Under the pieces are notes generated by a model. The model was not told the origin of the DNA. It made no database searches and saw only the letters and a program-made list of their open reading frames with translations. Shown in pieces: positions 36,270 through 47,400 of a DNA stretch of 64,000 nucleotides. Each line of letters starts with the position of its first letter. Position 1 is the first letter of the stretch. The stretch is from an uncultured virus (IMG/VR IMGVR_UViG_3300027741_000038) (lineage: Duplodnaviria > Heunggongvirae > Uroviricota > Caudoviricetes): the IMG/VR virus record IMGVR_UViG_3300027741_000038; one strand, given 5' to 3'. The position numbers and the translations under genes are program-made.

Positions 36270-37955
36270 TTATGGAGTATACTGAAGGAATATATCACCA
36301 TTATAATATGGTCCCCCAGTTCCAGGAGTTCCAGATGCAGCATAATGTGCAATTTTTATATTTTTAGCAGACAAAAGAGATGCACTAGTATTATTTACTA
36401 AGTCTGGGTCGTCTTGTTTAATAAGAAGAGTTTCTCTAGATATTATAGTATTTGGAACTCCCGCACTTCCTGATCCATAAAGAGTTAATCCATCAACTCC
36501 TCCAGTTCCTCCTATAGGTACTATATGCAATCCATTTGCATCGGTAGAAAGTTTTATCTCTGCTGTTCCAACTGTATTAACAAGTTTTATTGAATCTGAA
36601 GCTCCACCTGATGAAGTTATAGTTATTCCATAAGATCCAGATGAGGTTTTTATTGTACTTCCAGTAATTGTTCCACCAGTAATTGTTGAGGCAGCAATAA
36701 CTCCAGAAAAATAAGCTGATCCTGCGGGCAAACTTATAGCATTTCCAAGTTTATCGGTGCCAGAAAAAGAAGTAGATGTTATTGCAAAAGATATTTTATC
36801 TAAATCTGCTGTACTCCCAGTATCATAACCCAAAATTCCATATTGATTAACAAGTAATCTTGCACCTGAAGTAGCACTAGCACCAGAATAAAAAGTAGTT
36901 CCATTTGCACCAACATATTGAATTTGTCCTGTAGCATTTGATATTTGAGAACCAACCATTTTTAATGCTGTTGCAACAAGGGCATTTCCATTATAAGCAT
37001 TAGAAGCAACAACAGAAGCAAGCGTTCCAGCAATTGAAGCATTTGAATCTACGCTTCCAGCAAATACCGCATTACCTGTTGCGGAATCAATATAAAATGT
37101 TTTTGCACCTGTTTTAAAACCTGCAATACCTGTACTATTTAATATAATACCAGTTCCAGTTGTGGTTCCATTTACAACATCAAATAAACCAACATCTGTT
37201 CCAAAATCTCCAGCAAATAAAGAACCTCCATCTAATTTAATATCTCCATTATTGTTTACAGATACATTATTTGTTCCAATAGCTGAGAAGCCTGGAGTAG
37301 TAACATATATTGGAGATGAATATTCTGAATAAATTCTTTTACCATCAACATCTGTTGTTTCTGCACGAACTTTAATTGCATAAGTTTGATTAGGCGCTAA
37401 ATCTCTAACTGCTAAGGAGAGTCTTCCTGGAGCATTTAAATCAGATGGAACAACCGCATCTGTTGTTCCCGCCAAAAATGTTGGAGTATTTGATCCAGCA
37501 GAACTTGATTTTACAATAGTTCCGCCATTTGCGGTTGCGCCAGTTGGTGAAGATTGTGTTACTGCTCCAGGCGGGTTGCCCAGTGTTGTAGTTAGTGCAT
37601 CAAATATAAAATTATTTTGAGCATTTGTAGTAATAGCACTTGGCATCTTAACAGTATTTACTGGACTTGAATTGCTATTATAATAAATTCTTGCAGTACC
37701 TGCAGCTGACCCATTGTAAGGCGTACCAGAAAGCGTATACTTTTGCGTTGAAGATAACCCTGTAAAATTATATGTAAGTTGTGTACCAATTGAACCTGCT
37801 GGTACTGTGTAAGTTTTTGATATAGCAGAGCCTACAGGATTTTTAGGAGTAAGAGTAAAAATAACTTTAGTACAGTTTGCTGGTTTAGCAAAACTGATAG
37901 CTATTGATGTAGTTGAAGCTGATACGCTTAAACTAGCAATTGTTCCAACTGCCAT
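36270..37955 (-). CDS. minor tail protein with FN3 domains
   Basis: FN3 motifs, ITGGTITGS repeats, C-terminal GDIFLQY. Confidence 0.75.
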   Translation of the reverse strand: MAVGTIASLSVSASTTSIAISFAKPANCTKVIFTLTPKNPVGSAISKTYTVPAGSIGTQLTYNFTGLSSTQKYTLSGTPYNGSAAGTARIYYNSNSSPVNTVKMPSAITTNAQNNFIFDALTTTLGNPPGAVTQSSPTGATANGGTIVKSSSAGSNTPTFLAGTTDAVVPSDLNAPGRLSLAVRDLAPNQTYAIKVRAETTDVDGKRIYSEYSSPIYVTTPGFSAIGTNNVSVNNNGDIKLDGGSLFAGDFGTDVGLFDVVNGTTTGTGIILNSTGIAGFKTGAKTFYIDSATGNAVFAGSVDSNASIAGTLASVVASNAYNGNALVATALKMVGSQISNATGQIQYVGANGTTFYSGASATSGARLLVNQYGILGYDTGSTADLDKISFAITSTSFSGTDKLGNAISLPAGSAYFSGVIAASTITGGTITGSTIKTSSGSYGITITSSGGASDSIKLVNTVGTAEIKLSTDANGLHIVPIGGTGGVDGLTLYGSGSAGVPNTIISRETLLIKQDDPDLVNNTSASLLSAKNIKIAHYAASGTPGTGGPYYNGDIFLQYTP

Positions 37956-37965
37956 TTATTCCTCC

Positions 37966-38892
37966 TTACAATACTTGAACGTAATACTCAATGTCAAGCG
38001 GTGTTCCATATACTTTTGCTATTGGTGTTGAAAGAGCTGATTTGCTGATTATATAATCTTCGGTAGTTAATTCTGTTGATACTGAAGCTTTAATAGCATC
38101 AATTGTAACTGAAGCTGTGGTATCTGTTTTTATGTTTATCGAACTAATTGTATTAGTAAAAGAAATATTTGCTGGAAATATTGCACTTAAAACTTGATAT
38201 CCTGAATTATCTGATAATGTATAATTAAATACATAAGAATTATTTTGTACATCTTTAAATGTAACTGTTAAAATTCCAGCTACTGTATTATAAGCAAGTA
38301 TTTTTAATGCATCTAAATCTGAATAACCCGCCAAACTAAAACCAAATGTATTATTTTCATACATAGTGTTTTGAGCCAGATCAACCGAAAACCCACCAAT
38401 TCTTGGCGAAGCTGTTCCTTGAGGAACGTATCCAGTAATTGATACTGTTCCTTGATCTGTAATGGTTTGACTTTGATCAGAAATGCTTGCTACCCAATTT
38501 GATAAATCTGAAAAATCAGTAATTATTCTATTATTTCTATTTGCAACATCAGTAATTCTTGATTCTGGATATAGGCCAACCTCATAAATATTTGCATATA
38601 AACTTGCAGGCAATGTGCCTCTTACAATAATTAAATCTGGATTACCACCTGTTGCAGACTTATAAGTTTTTAGAGATACTGGAACTCTTGCAGTTTCAAA
38701 ACTAAGTTCAACGTCAGATGTAGACGGAGCAGTATCAATTGCTCCAAAACACATATCTGCTGCCCATTCAGTTCTTATTCCAGCAAGGTATTGGAGCAAC
38801 ACCTTTCTTCCATTTGTAGTAATAAGGTTTTCTGATCTTCCTATTTCTTTACCATCTTGTTTAAATACATATGTTCCTTTAAATTGTAACAT
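37966..38892 (-). CDS. minor tail/tip protein
   Basis: ENLITTNGR, EVGLY; position in tail operon. Confidence 0.7.
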   Translation of the reverse strand: MLQFKGTYVFKQDGKEIGRSENLITTNGRKVLLQYLAGIRTEWAADMCFGAIDTAPSTSDVELSFETARVPVSLKTYKSATGGNPDLIIVRGTLPASLYANIYEVGLYPESRITDVANRNNRIITDFSDLSNWVASISDQSQTITDQGTVSITGYVPQGTASPRIGGFSVDLAQNTMYENNTFGFSLAGYSDLDALKILAYNTVAGILTVTFKDVQNNSYVFNYTLSDNSGYQVLSAIFPANISFTNTISSINIKTDTTASVTIDAIKASVSTELTTEDYIISKSALSTPIAKVYGTPLDIEYYVQVL

Positions 38893-39676
38893 TATATGTA
38901 ACCGCCTTTGTTGTTGAATCAGTATATTTTGCTGCTATTTTAAATGAATAATTTCCACTAAATGAGTAGCCAGCTTTAGGAGTAATGGTAAAAAAATGAT
39001 AACCATTTGCATTAAGATTTGAATTTGAATGATAAGGATAAAAAGTTTTTTTGCCAGGAACATCTAAGTTTGATCCAGTTACATTAACTTCATAACCAAT
39101 TGCATTTTCATAACCTTTCCATTTTAAAGTAATGTTGCTTGTTGTTTTTACTGTGTAAGATACTGTTGATAAAACAACAGCTTTTTTTATTGCATCGCTT
39201 TTTATAGTTTTTGTTGCATTAGCATTTGTAGAATCAGCTCCACCTACAGCATTTATTGCTGTTGATACTTGATGGTTTGATATATCTGCAACCGCAGTAT
39301 ATTGAATTTCTCCATCTGTTGAAATTTCATCAGTAGCGGGATCAAAAGTTACAATTAAAGAAATTAAACTTGAAGCATTAGATTGGTTATATTCTATGCT
39401 TGCAGGATCTGTGGGGTCCCAATAAACATTTGTTGGAGGGTGCAAGGTTATAGATAGAACACCTTCATCAGTATCGTCTGATTGTTTTACCTGATTTGTT
39501 TTTAAATATTTAAGATAATCATCATCATTAAGTACAACAACTTCGCCAACATAGTTATTTATATAGAAGGAATCTTTGGCTCTTGGGTCATCTTGGTGCA
39601 AAACAAGGGTTTTACGTTTTTGTACGCTTCCTGCTAGCCCTGTAACAACTCTATTGCTTGAATACACGTTGGTCAT
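38879..39676 (-). CDS. minor tail protein
   Basis: C-terminal FN3-like domain; GGAGG SD. Confidence 0.7.
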   Translation of the reverse strand: MTNVYSSNRVVTGLAGSVQKRKTLVLHQDDPRAKDSFYINNYVGEVVVLNDDDYLKYLKTNQVKQSDDTDEGVLSITLHPPTNVYWDPTDPASIEYNQSNASSLISLIVTFDPATDEISTDGEIQYTAVADISNHQVSTAINAVGGADSTNANATKTIKSDAIKKAVVLSTVSYTVKTTSNITLKWKGYENAIGYEVNVTGSNLDVPGKKTFYPYHSNSNLNANGYHFFTITPKAGYSFSGNYSFKIAAKYTDSTTKAVTYNVTI

Positions 39677-39699
39677 TTTTCCTCCTTTACCATTATACC

Positions 39700-42600
39700 T
39701 TATCCTATTTGATTAAGGGTTAATACAGTTTTTAAACCCTGATCAAATGATTGTTGAACTCCTTGAACAAAATATGTTTGATTAGATATATTCTTCAATG
39801 AATAATTAACTTTAACAACATCTCCAATTTCAAATAAAGGGTTTCCATATACTGAAACTGTTGTATCCCTACTGAACCCGTCAACTGCTCTAAAAATATT
39901 CTTTAAAATTCCTAGTGCAGCATTTTTTGATTGTACCCAGTTTGATCTAATCTCAATACTTTCATTAATATTTGCTGGATCAAAAACTTTTTCTATTGCT
40001 ACTTCGCTACTTAAAGAAACTAACTCATTAGTATTAATTAAAAACGTTACATCCAAATTTGGATTTACTGCGTCTGGAAATTTTTTAATCCATATAGATG
40101 ACGGGGATCCGTTAATAATTGCAAATCTGCCTCTGAATCCAGAATTATATATTTGAGAATATGCAAGTGCATCTGAACCTACAGTTACATGTTCAAGGGT
40201 TTGTTTTTGCCCCTCTCCCGTATAGTAGTACCAACGATACGGTGCGGGTAAAGCATAAGCACTAAGCGCTGGTGCAGTTTGATATTGAATGTCATAATAA
40301 TTAATTCCAAAAATTTGTGGCTTTGTTTGCATCATATAATTAATTTCAAAAACTTTATGTCCTCCAGCTATAGTGCTTGCAAAACTTGGTAGTTGCCAGT
40401 GATACCACATTGCTGGATCTGTCAAAGCAGTTTGAGTTGCATATAATTCAGAAAAAGCTATGCTTCCAGCTGTAGAATTTTCTTGATTTTTAGTTTGTGC
40501 AAATATACCATATTGACCTGATGTATTAATTGTTATATCTTTTGTTTCTATATTTAATTTCTTTTTATTTAAATGAATTTCAAATGAAGCGCTTTTAATT
40601 TGTTGTTTTGTAACAGAATCAATCCATGTGTTTGGGTTTTCAATTTTAACAAATTTAAGATGAACAGATTTTCCAAATTCTTCAAAAGGTGAACCTGCTG
40701 GATAAGATGCAATATCATTTAATAATGATTCGCTAATATCAACAAAAGGAATTCCTTTACCAGCTTTTGATAAAAGTGAATTACTTTCAGTACCTTGATA
40801 AACATATAAACGATATGCGGGGGTTGCAGCAAGTGAGCTACCAATATATTTTGTTCCACCATTTTCTTGTCTTAATTCTACATATATTGGATTACTGCCA
40901 CTTCTTATACCAAATACTATTCCCCCGCCCATTCCAATATGAAATGGATTTCCAGAACTTGGGCCTACATGCATTTTTGTAGAAAATGTATTATACGGAT
41001 GACTTGAATCACTTTGCTCACTACTTCCTGCAACTAATATGCTATATGTTCCAACGGTTGTGGCGTTCATTTGAATGTGATTATTTGAATTTAAAGAAGG
41101 ATTTAGTCCACCTGTAACAATCATTTTTGAATAAAGGGAATTAGTATCTGATGAGCCAGATGTTGATGAGCCATTTAAATTTGTAATAAGGTTGTGTGTT
41201 CTTACTGGAGTATTAAATAATCCTCTTTCAACGTTTGCAATTTTTCCTGTTGGCGCATAATGTATTACTCCGCCCCAGCCTGACCTGGCAGAAAAATCTG
41301 AAACAGCTGTAGATAGATCAGAACTGCTTGATACTATAACTCGATAATCATTATCAATAAAACTTGCAGTCATTGCTGGATCTTGAACATTTAAGTTTCC
41401 AATATTAAATTTAAATTCCTTATCTTTAAAAGATACTATTTCTCCTTCAATAATTGCATAACCTGCGTGATCTACTCCAAATGAACTAAATGTATTTGTT
41501 AAATCATCTGGATTAATATAAAAATAATTTTGAGAATAAGAAGATATTGAATTGTTTAAATAATTAAAAGTACAAACATCTTCTTTTTCTGCTTGCCATA
41601 AAACGTCATATTTATCTATTAAATTTGTTGTTAATGTTTTAACGCTGGTCAATCCTTCTAGACCAATTGTTTTTACAATTTGAGGTATTTTAAATCTTAA
41701 TGTTGCTTTTCCAAGTTTGGTCTTTACTTTTTCTGTATAAGTATCTTGCGTAATATTACTTGTTACTGAAAGATTATCTGTGTATCCCCCCGTCGTTGTA
41801 ATTGATTGTGGAGTTGAATTATCATGAAGTAAAAGATTTGGCTGAGTATTAGAAAGAATATTGTCTAGGCTAAGAAACTTCATTACGCCGTAGGAATCAA
41901 TATATGCTCCAATTTGATAAACTTCAAATAATTCTCTAAGTACATCAAATACTTTTTGTTGTTGACCATCAGCATAGAAAAATGATGAATCAATTGCTTG
42001 CTTATTTTTATAAACAGTTCCATCTACCATTGTTACTTGAGATTGAGTTACTTTTCTTAAACTATCATAATCATAATCTGTAAACCCAGCAAAATCAAGA
42101 ATATTGCTTATAACTTTAAATACATCTTGTGATTTAGAAACATAGTCTGTTGGAGACAATAGCTGTAGGTATTTTGTAATATCAAATGCTGTTACCGTAG
42201 TTCTTTGAAGATCTTGTCCTTCCCAACTTTCTGCATACCAAACTCCACCTGGAATTACTTTGTCTGCTGATGTTGCTCCAGATACTGAGTCTTTAATTAT
42301 ATAATTTACATAAAACTTTACATTTTTCTTAAACAATCCCGATAGCGGGGATTTAGAAGAGTTGTTTGAAAATATACTTAATACATATCCACTTACATTA
42401 AATGGAATATTTGAAAGATGAATCAAAGCGCTGTTTGAAGATATAGCAGAAATTGGCAAAGGATTTTGTTTGTTGTCAAGCTCTGAAGTAGTTTCAACAT
42501 TCATTACAAAGTTTGTAAGGTCTAGCTCTATTCTTGGAGATATTTCTATAACTTGAAGTCTTCCCATGTCAGCCTGATATTGAGCATATCTTGTTGAGTT

Positions 42601-43854
42601 ACTTGTAATTGTTGAGCTTGGGCTTGCATAGGCAGAATTGATTGAAAATGAATTTTGAGTAATAGCAATTTTATTAATTGCTTGCGATAAAGTAATATCT
42701 CCAACATTATTAAATGTTGGCATAGTGGTCCATGGTGTAGTTGTCCAATTTCCATTTGTTTGTAAATACAAAATACAAACACCAGAGTTTGATATGTCAC
42801 TTCCAGATATACTAATTGATTTTGAATAGCTTGTAATAGTATTATATAAATTGATAGTCATACTTGTAGGCTTTGAGTAAGCTATATTAAATTTAAGAAC
42901 TATTTTATTTGTTGACATTAGCTTGTCATATAAAGCTCCTATTGAACGACTTGAGGTATTTGAAACAAAATACTTATAAGTTGTATAATCAGATAAAATT
43001 CCATTTTTATAAACTGGGTTGCCAGCTGAAGAACTTAAAACTTGAGGATGATATAAAACTGGGCTACATGGCATAACTTGTGCATCCCAATATGAAGATC
43101 CAGATCCTTTATTAAATCTTGTATTAATAGTTCTAAATCCCGATGGAAGTTGTGTCAATGAATTTCCAGATGGCACATAGCTTTCTCCTGGTCTAAAAAA
43201 TCCAAACGGTGCATCTGTTTTCCAAATATTTCCATATTGATAGTCAAAGTCTGTAGATTGAAAAATTTCAAGTTGATCAATAAGAACATCATAAGTTGTA
43301 GGTGCTCCGACAACTTTTGAAGCAATTGTTGTGTCTGTAGAAGTAAAATCTAAGTTTAATGTAAATGATGAATATGAAGTATCAACTGGGCGGGAACTGG
43401 CATAAAGCTCAAACTTAGTCCATGTAGTATTATCAATTCTTTTAGATTCTGAATCTGATCTGTGGCTATCTATGTATGATAAAGCAGTTAGTGTTACTTC
43501 AACGTCTGTGACTATCTTTGCATAAAATACTATCTTGTATGTATTAAGTCCGCTTGTAGTTGTTATCGTTAATTTTCCCGACCCGTTTTGTCCAGTAGTA
43601 GAAAATTTTAATGCGCTTGTATCTGAGTAACCATTTGAGACCCTACCCTTAGATGAGTCATATGAAGCTGTGCAATTTGATACTGTCCAACTACTAGGTG
43701 TTTTCCAATTGCTTGAGATCTGCGTTCCATCTCCTGCAAAGGTTGCGTATGGAGCATAAAAAAGATTATAATTCCATTCAGCAGAAACGGCGGGAACTAC
43801 ATAATGTGAGTCTCCCGTTGAAAAATATTGTTTAACAGCCGATGTACCTAGCAT
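39700..43854 (-). CDS. large tail tip/central fibre protein
   Basis: 1384 aa, second gene after tape measure; GNPLFEIGDVV hub-like C-terminus. Confidence 0.8.
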   Translation of the reverse strand: MLGTSAVKQYFSTGDSHYVVPAVSAEWNYNLFYAPYATFAGDGTQISSNWKTPSSWTVSNCTASYDSSKGRVSNGYSDTSALKFSTTGQNGSGKLTITTTSGLNTYKIVFYAKIVTDVEVTLTALSYIDSHRSDSESKRIDNTTWTKFELYASSRPVDTSYSSFTLNLDFTSTDTTIASKVVGAPTTYDVLIDQLEIFQSTDFDYQYGNIWKTDAPFGFFRPGESYVPSGNSLTQLPSGFRTINTRFNKGSGSSYWDAQVMPCSPVLYHPQVLSSSAGNPVYKNGILSDYTTYKYFVSNTSSRSIGALYDKLMSTNKIVLKFNIAYSKPTSMTINLYNTITSYSKSISISGSDISNSGVCILYLQTNGNWTTTPWTTMPTFNNVGDITLSQAINKIAITQNSFSINSAYASPSSTITSNSTRYAQYQADMGRLQVIEISPRIELDLTNFVMNVETTSELDNKQNPLPISAISSNSALIHLSNIPFNVSGYVLSIFSNNSSKSPLSGLFKKNVKFYVNYIIKDSVSGATSADKVIPGGVWYAESWEGQDLQRTTVTAFDITKYLQLLSPTDYVSKSQDVFKVISNILDFAGFTDYDYDSLRKVTQSQVTMVDGTVYKNKQAIDSSFFYADGQQQKVFDVLRELFEVYQIGAYIDSYGVMKFLSLDNILSNTQPNLLLHDNSTPQSITTTGGYTDNLSVTSNITQDTYTEKVKTKLGKATLRFKIPQIVKTIGLEGLTSVKTLTTNLIDKYDVLWQAEKEDVCTFNYLNNSISSYSQNYFYINPDDLTNTFSSFGVDHAGYAIIEGEIVSFKDKEFKFNIGNLNVQDPAMTASFIDNDYRVIVSSSSDLSTAVSDFSARSGWGGVIHYAPTGKIANVERGLFNTPVRTHNLITNLNGSSTSGSSDTNSLYSKMIVTGGLNPSLNSNNHIQMNATTVGTYSILVAGSSEQSDSSHPYNTFSTKMHVGPSSGNPFHIGMGGGIVFGIRSGSNPIYVELRQENGGTKYIGSSLAATPAYRLYVYQGTESNSLLSKAGKGIPFVDISESLLNDIASYPAGSPFEEFGKSVHLKFVKIENPNTWIDSVTKQQIKSASFEIHLNKKKLNIETKDITINTSGQYGIFAQTKNQENSTAGSIAFSELYATQTALTDPAMWYHWQLPSFASTIAGGHKVFEINYMMQTKPQIFGINYYDIQYQTAPALSAYALPAPYRWYYYTGEGQKQTLEHVTVGSDALAYSQIYNSGFRGRFAIINGSPSSIWIKKFPDAVNPNLDVTFLINTNELVSLSSEVAIEKVFDPANINESIEIRSNWVQSKNAALGILKNIFRAVDGFSRDTTVSVYGNPLFEIGDVVKVNYSLKNISNQTYFVQGVQQSFDQGLKTVLTLNQIG

Positions 43855-44420
43855 TATACCTCCGTAAATTCTATTGTTATATTTACGAGATCGTAACCTT
43901 TTCCATTACCGCCTGCATTTCTTTTAACAACCTCATAATCAAAATTAGTCATATAAGCAGTATAAACTACATTATCTGTATCTGTGGGGGCTTGAAAAGA
44001 AGAGTAATAAGTATTTTCATCTGGAGTAAATCCATCCGTTGTATTAACATTTTGAGTAGTAATTCCAGCATTAATTAATTTAACATAGATAGGAACAAAC
44101 ACATTAGCTTCATAAAATGATTTCATCCATGCTCCCGCTTTACCACTATTTGTATCTGATGATTTATAATCAACTGCATTTTCTGTAAGTGAAGGCACTA
44201 GACTCCAACTTGAATTAATTTTATGTTTTCTTGCAACAACATAACGACGCAAAGTTCCATCTGCCATACGATTAGTTTTTTCAATAACCTCATATGTAAT
44301 GTGAATTGGCTGACGATTATGATCTGTAAGTTTATACCAAACCATTTGAGTTGTATCAGTGGTCGGGGCTCCCAGAGAGTTAAGGCCTATTGATACTTGA
44401 ATTCCAGCTTGTAGTTGCAT
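43854..44420 (-). CDS. distal tail protein-like
   Basis: RMADGTLR, ends F-x-E-V; immediately after tape measure. Confidence 0.75.
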   Translation of the reverse strand: MQLQAGIQVSIGLNSLGAPTTDTTQMVWYKLTDHNRQPIHITYEVIEKTNRMADGTLRRYVVARKHKINSSWSLVPSLTENAVDYKSSDTNSGKAGAWMKSFYEANVFVPIYVKLINAGITTQNVNTTDGFTPDENTYYSSFQAPTDTDNVVYTAYMTNFDYEVVKRNAGGNGKGYDLVNITIEFTEV

Positions 44421-47400
44421 TATCCACCCACTTTACTTTTTGTTGAAGACATTGCTTCTTGTCTTTTCATTTCTTTTACAATTTGTTCTGCACTCATATT
44501 AGCACCATTTATAACAATATTATAAACAGGGTTAGTTGTTGTATTTGTACCCATTTGTACACTATTACCATATTGTACCGCAGCTGGCATATTTACTGAA
44601 CCTAAATTATATTTACCAAGTGTCGGCTTGTAATTTTGAAGTGCACTAACTTCTGCTTTTGTAAGAGATTTTCCATCTGCAATTTTTGATTGTGCATCAG
44701 CATAAAGTTGTCTACCCTGATCAATAGTTTGTGTATTTTTATTAGATATAACACCCATTTGATACTTATCGGCATTACCTGCCATTTGTTGACGCAATAA
44801 ATTAGCTTTTAGATAATCGCCACTTGCCATAGCCATTCGGATTTGTCCTTGAAGATCTGTCTGTTGAGTAGCATAACCAATTGCATCTTGAGCAGCAGTA
44901 TTTTGATCATCCATCAATTTCTTTTGTCGTTCTAACTCTGTTGTTCTTTTGCTTTCTTGATCTAATAACGGCTTATATTTCTTTTGAAGTGCTGTAACTC
45001 TTTGAGCTGCAAGCTCTTCTGCACTTAAAGGGGTTCCATTTGCATTTAATGTTGGATCTAAAAGAGGCTTAATTTTAAAAAGTCTTTCAAGTTCTGTATT
45101 TGCCAAACCTAAATCTTTTGCAAGAGATGCGGCATCACCTTTTTGTGCTGCATCAATAATTTGTTGAAGCAATGGAGACTTTGAATCTTTTTGCCTTAAA
45201 GCAAGAATTGTTGTAATGTCAGAAAGTTTTAATTTCATTCTTCCAAAAGCATCAATGTTTTTTGCTAAGTCTGGATTTTCTTCTCTTATAGCATCAGCAT
45301 ATTTTTTAGTTGCTGCAATTGTATTATTTTTACTTTTTGTAATGCCGTCAAGTTGTCCTTTATAATTTACAAATGTTGGAGATGTTTGTGATATTGCATT
45401 AACTAAATCTTTTACAGCTTTTGGATCTAACTGTTGGTTACCTTTAAATTGTGATACTGCACCAACATGTGTTCCTATTGTTGCAGTTGTACGGCCTTCA
45501 GTTACTGCTGAATCTAATGCTGCAGTTGTTGCTTTTTCCAATGTAGGAACTTTTATAGATTTTCCTTTATATCCTGACGCAGCCATATAAAGATCAATCA
45601 TTTTTTGTGCTTGTTCTGGCTGCATTCCATTTATCGCCATTTGAGTTGCTGCAAAGGTTGAAGCAATTTTTCCTGCTTCTGTTGAACTGCCTGCGTTTTT
45701 CATTTTTTGAAGAATAAGAGACATTGGGTCATCTTTTGGCAATTTATTTATTTCACTTATAAAACTTTTTACTGCATCAGTTACTTGTTGTGTTTTTGGA
45801 ACTATTGAATTCATAATAGAGTTTAAATTACCTGTAGGTGTTGCAGCTTTTGTAACAGCTCCACCAAACATACTTGCTGCTGAAGCGCTTGCGGTAAATG
45901 TTGCTTTTGCACTTGCTTCATGCATTTTTTCACTATTAATTAACTTGCTAATGCCACCTATAATTCCACCAATTGCTGCGCCTGCCAAAGCACCCTCTGG
46001 TCCTAAGAAAGCTCCGTAACTTGCTCCTGTTATAGCAGAGTTTGCAACATCTCCGCCAGGAAGTTTGTTAATCATTGGAGCAGCAAATTGTCCTGCTAGT
46101 TGCAAACCAAGGCCCATGCCTAAACCACTAAATCTTCCAGTCATCATTTTGGGCATTCTTGATTGAAGCTTTGCTCTTGTTGCCATTCTTTTTTGATTAA
46201 ACTTTGCAAATCTTCCGCCAGATCTTGATGTTGCCGCTAGCCCTGGCTCTGTCTCTGTAGCAAGATTTGTATATTCTCCACCACCAGAATTTGCAAGTAA
46301 TGCTTCTTCCATAGCTGTGTTTGCTGCTGCTTTAACTTTTGGTCTTGATTGAGCAATTCCTTCTGTAACACCATCAACCATATTTTTAGCAGCACGCTTT
46401 GTTGCTTTTGAAGGAGATGCGGATTCTGAAGCAATATTTAATTCTTTTGCTAATTTTTCTTCTTCTAATCTTCTTGCTCTTTCAAGAGCAAGGTTGTTAG
46501 TTCTTGTATAACTTGCACTGCTTCTAGCCATTCCGCCTGGGCTTCCAGTTAAATCAATTTTTGGTTGGAATTGTGGAGAATTTGCAAATGGTTGAGGTCT
46601 AGGTCCTTCAAGCATATCTATTTTTCTTCTACTTAAAACATCTTTTGCAATTGCCATTTTAAATTTTCTTTCAGCTTCAACTCCAGCTTTTTTGCCTGTA
46701 GATGTAATATAACTTCCTGGCCCTGCCATTGAAGAATTTCTTGCAGAACTTAATTCTCCTTCTGCACCTGAAATTTGTCCTATTGCTGTTGTTCCATAAG
46801 TTGATTCATCTGCAAATCTTACATTCCATGCACCAGTTTTTTTATATTTTCCGCTCTTTAAGCCTTTTCTAATTTCTGCAGTTCCAGCATTTGGTCTTAC
46901 TTCACCAACGGACTTTGATGCTTGATCTAACGCTCTTGCAAATTCTCCTTCTGCTCCAGCAACATGTTTTCTTGCATCAATTTCTGCTCTTACTGCTTTT
47001 GCAACATCTTCATCAAGAATTCCTTTTTCAAGAACTCTTCCTTCTGCTTTTGCTGCAAGTTGTGCAGCTTTTCTTTCTTGAACAACTCTTTTTCTAACTG
47101 CTTCATCAAATTCAGTTGCAGCCTTTGAAGTAGCGGGATCTGAAAAATCTGCACCATGTCTTGCTGCTGAACCTACAAACTTATCTGCCCCACCTTCACG
47201 CCAACCTGAATTAAATTCTCCAATGCTTGCACCTTTAGATGTTGGTCGCATTAACAAGTTTAATTTTTCTGTAGTCCAAGCAGTGAGGTCTGGAGTTATT
47301 TTAACTGATCCAGTTTTTGCTACTTCTGCTAATGCTGGATCTGATGCAATCAAGGATTCATATTCTGGAGTTCCTGGTTCAAAATTTTCAGCCATGTGTG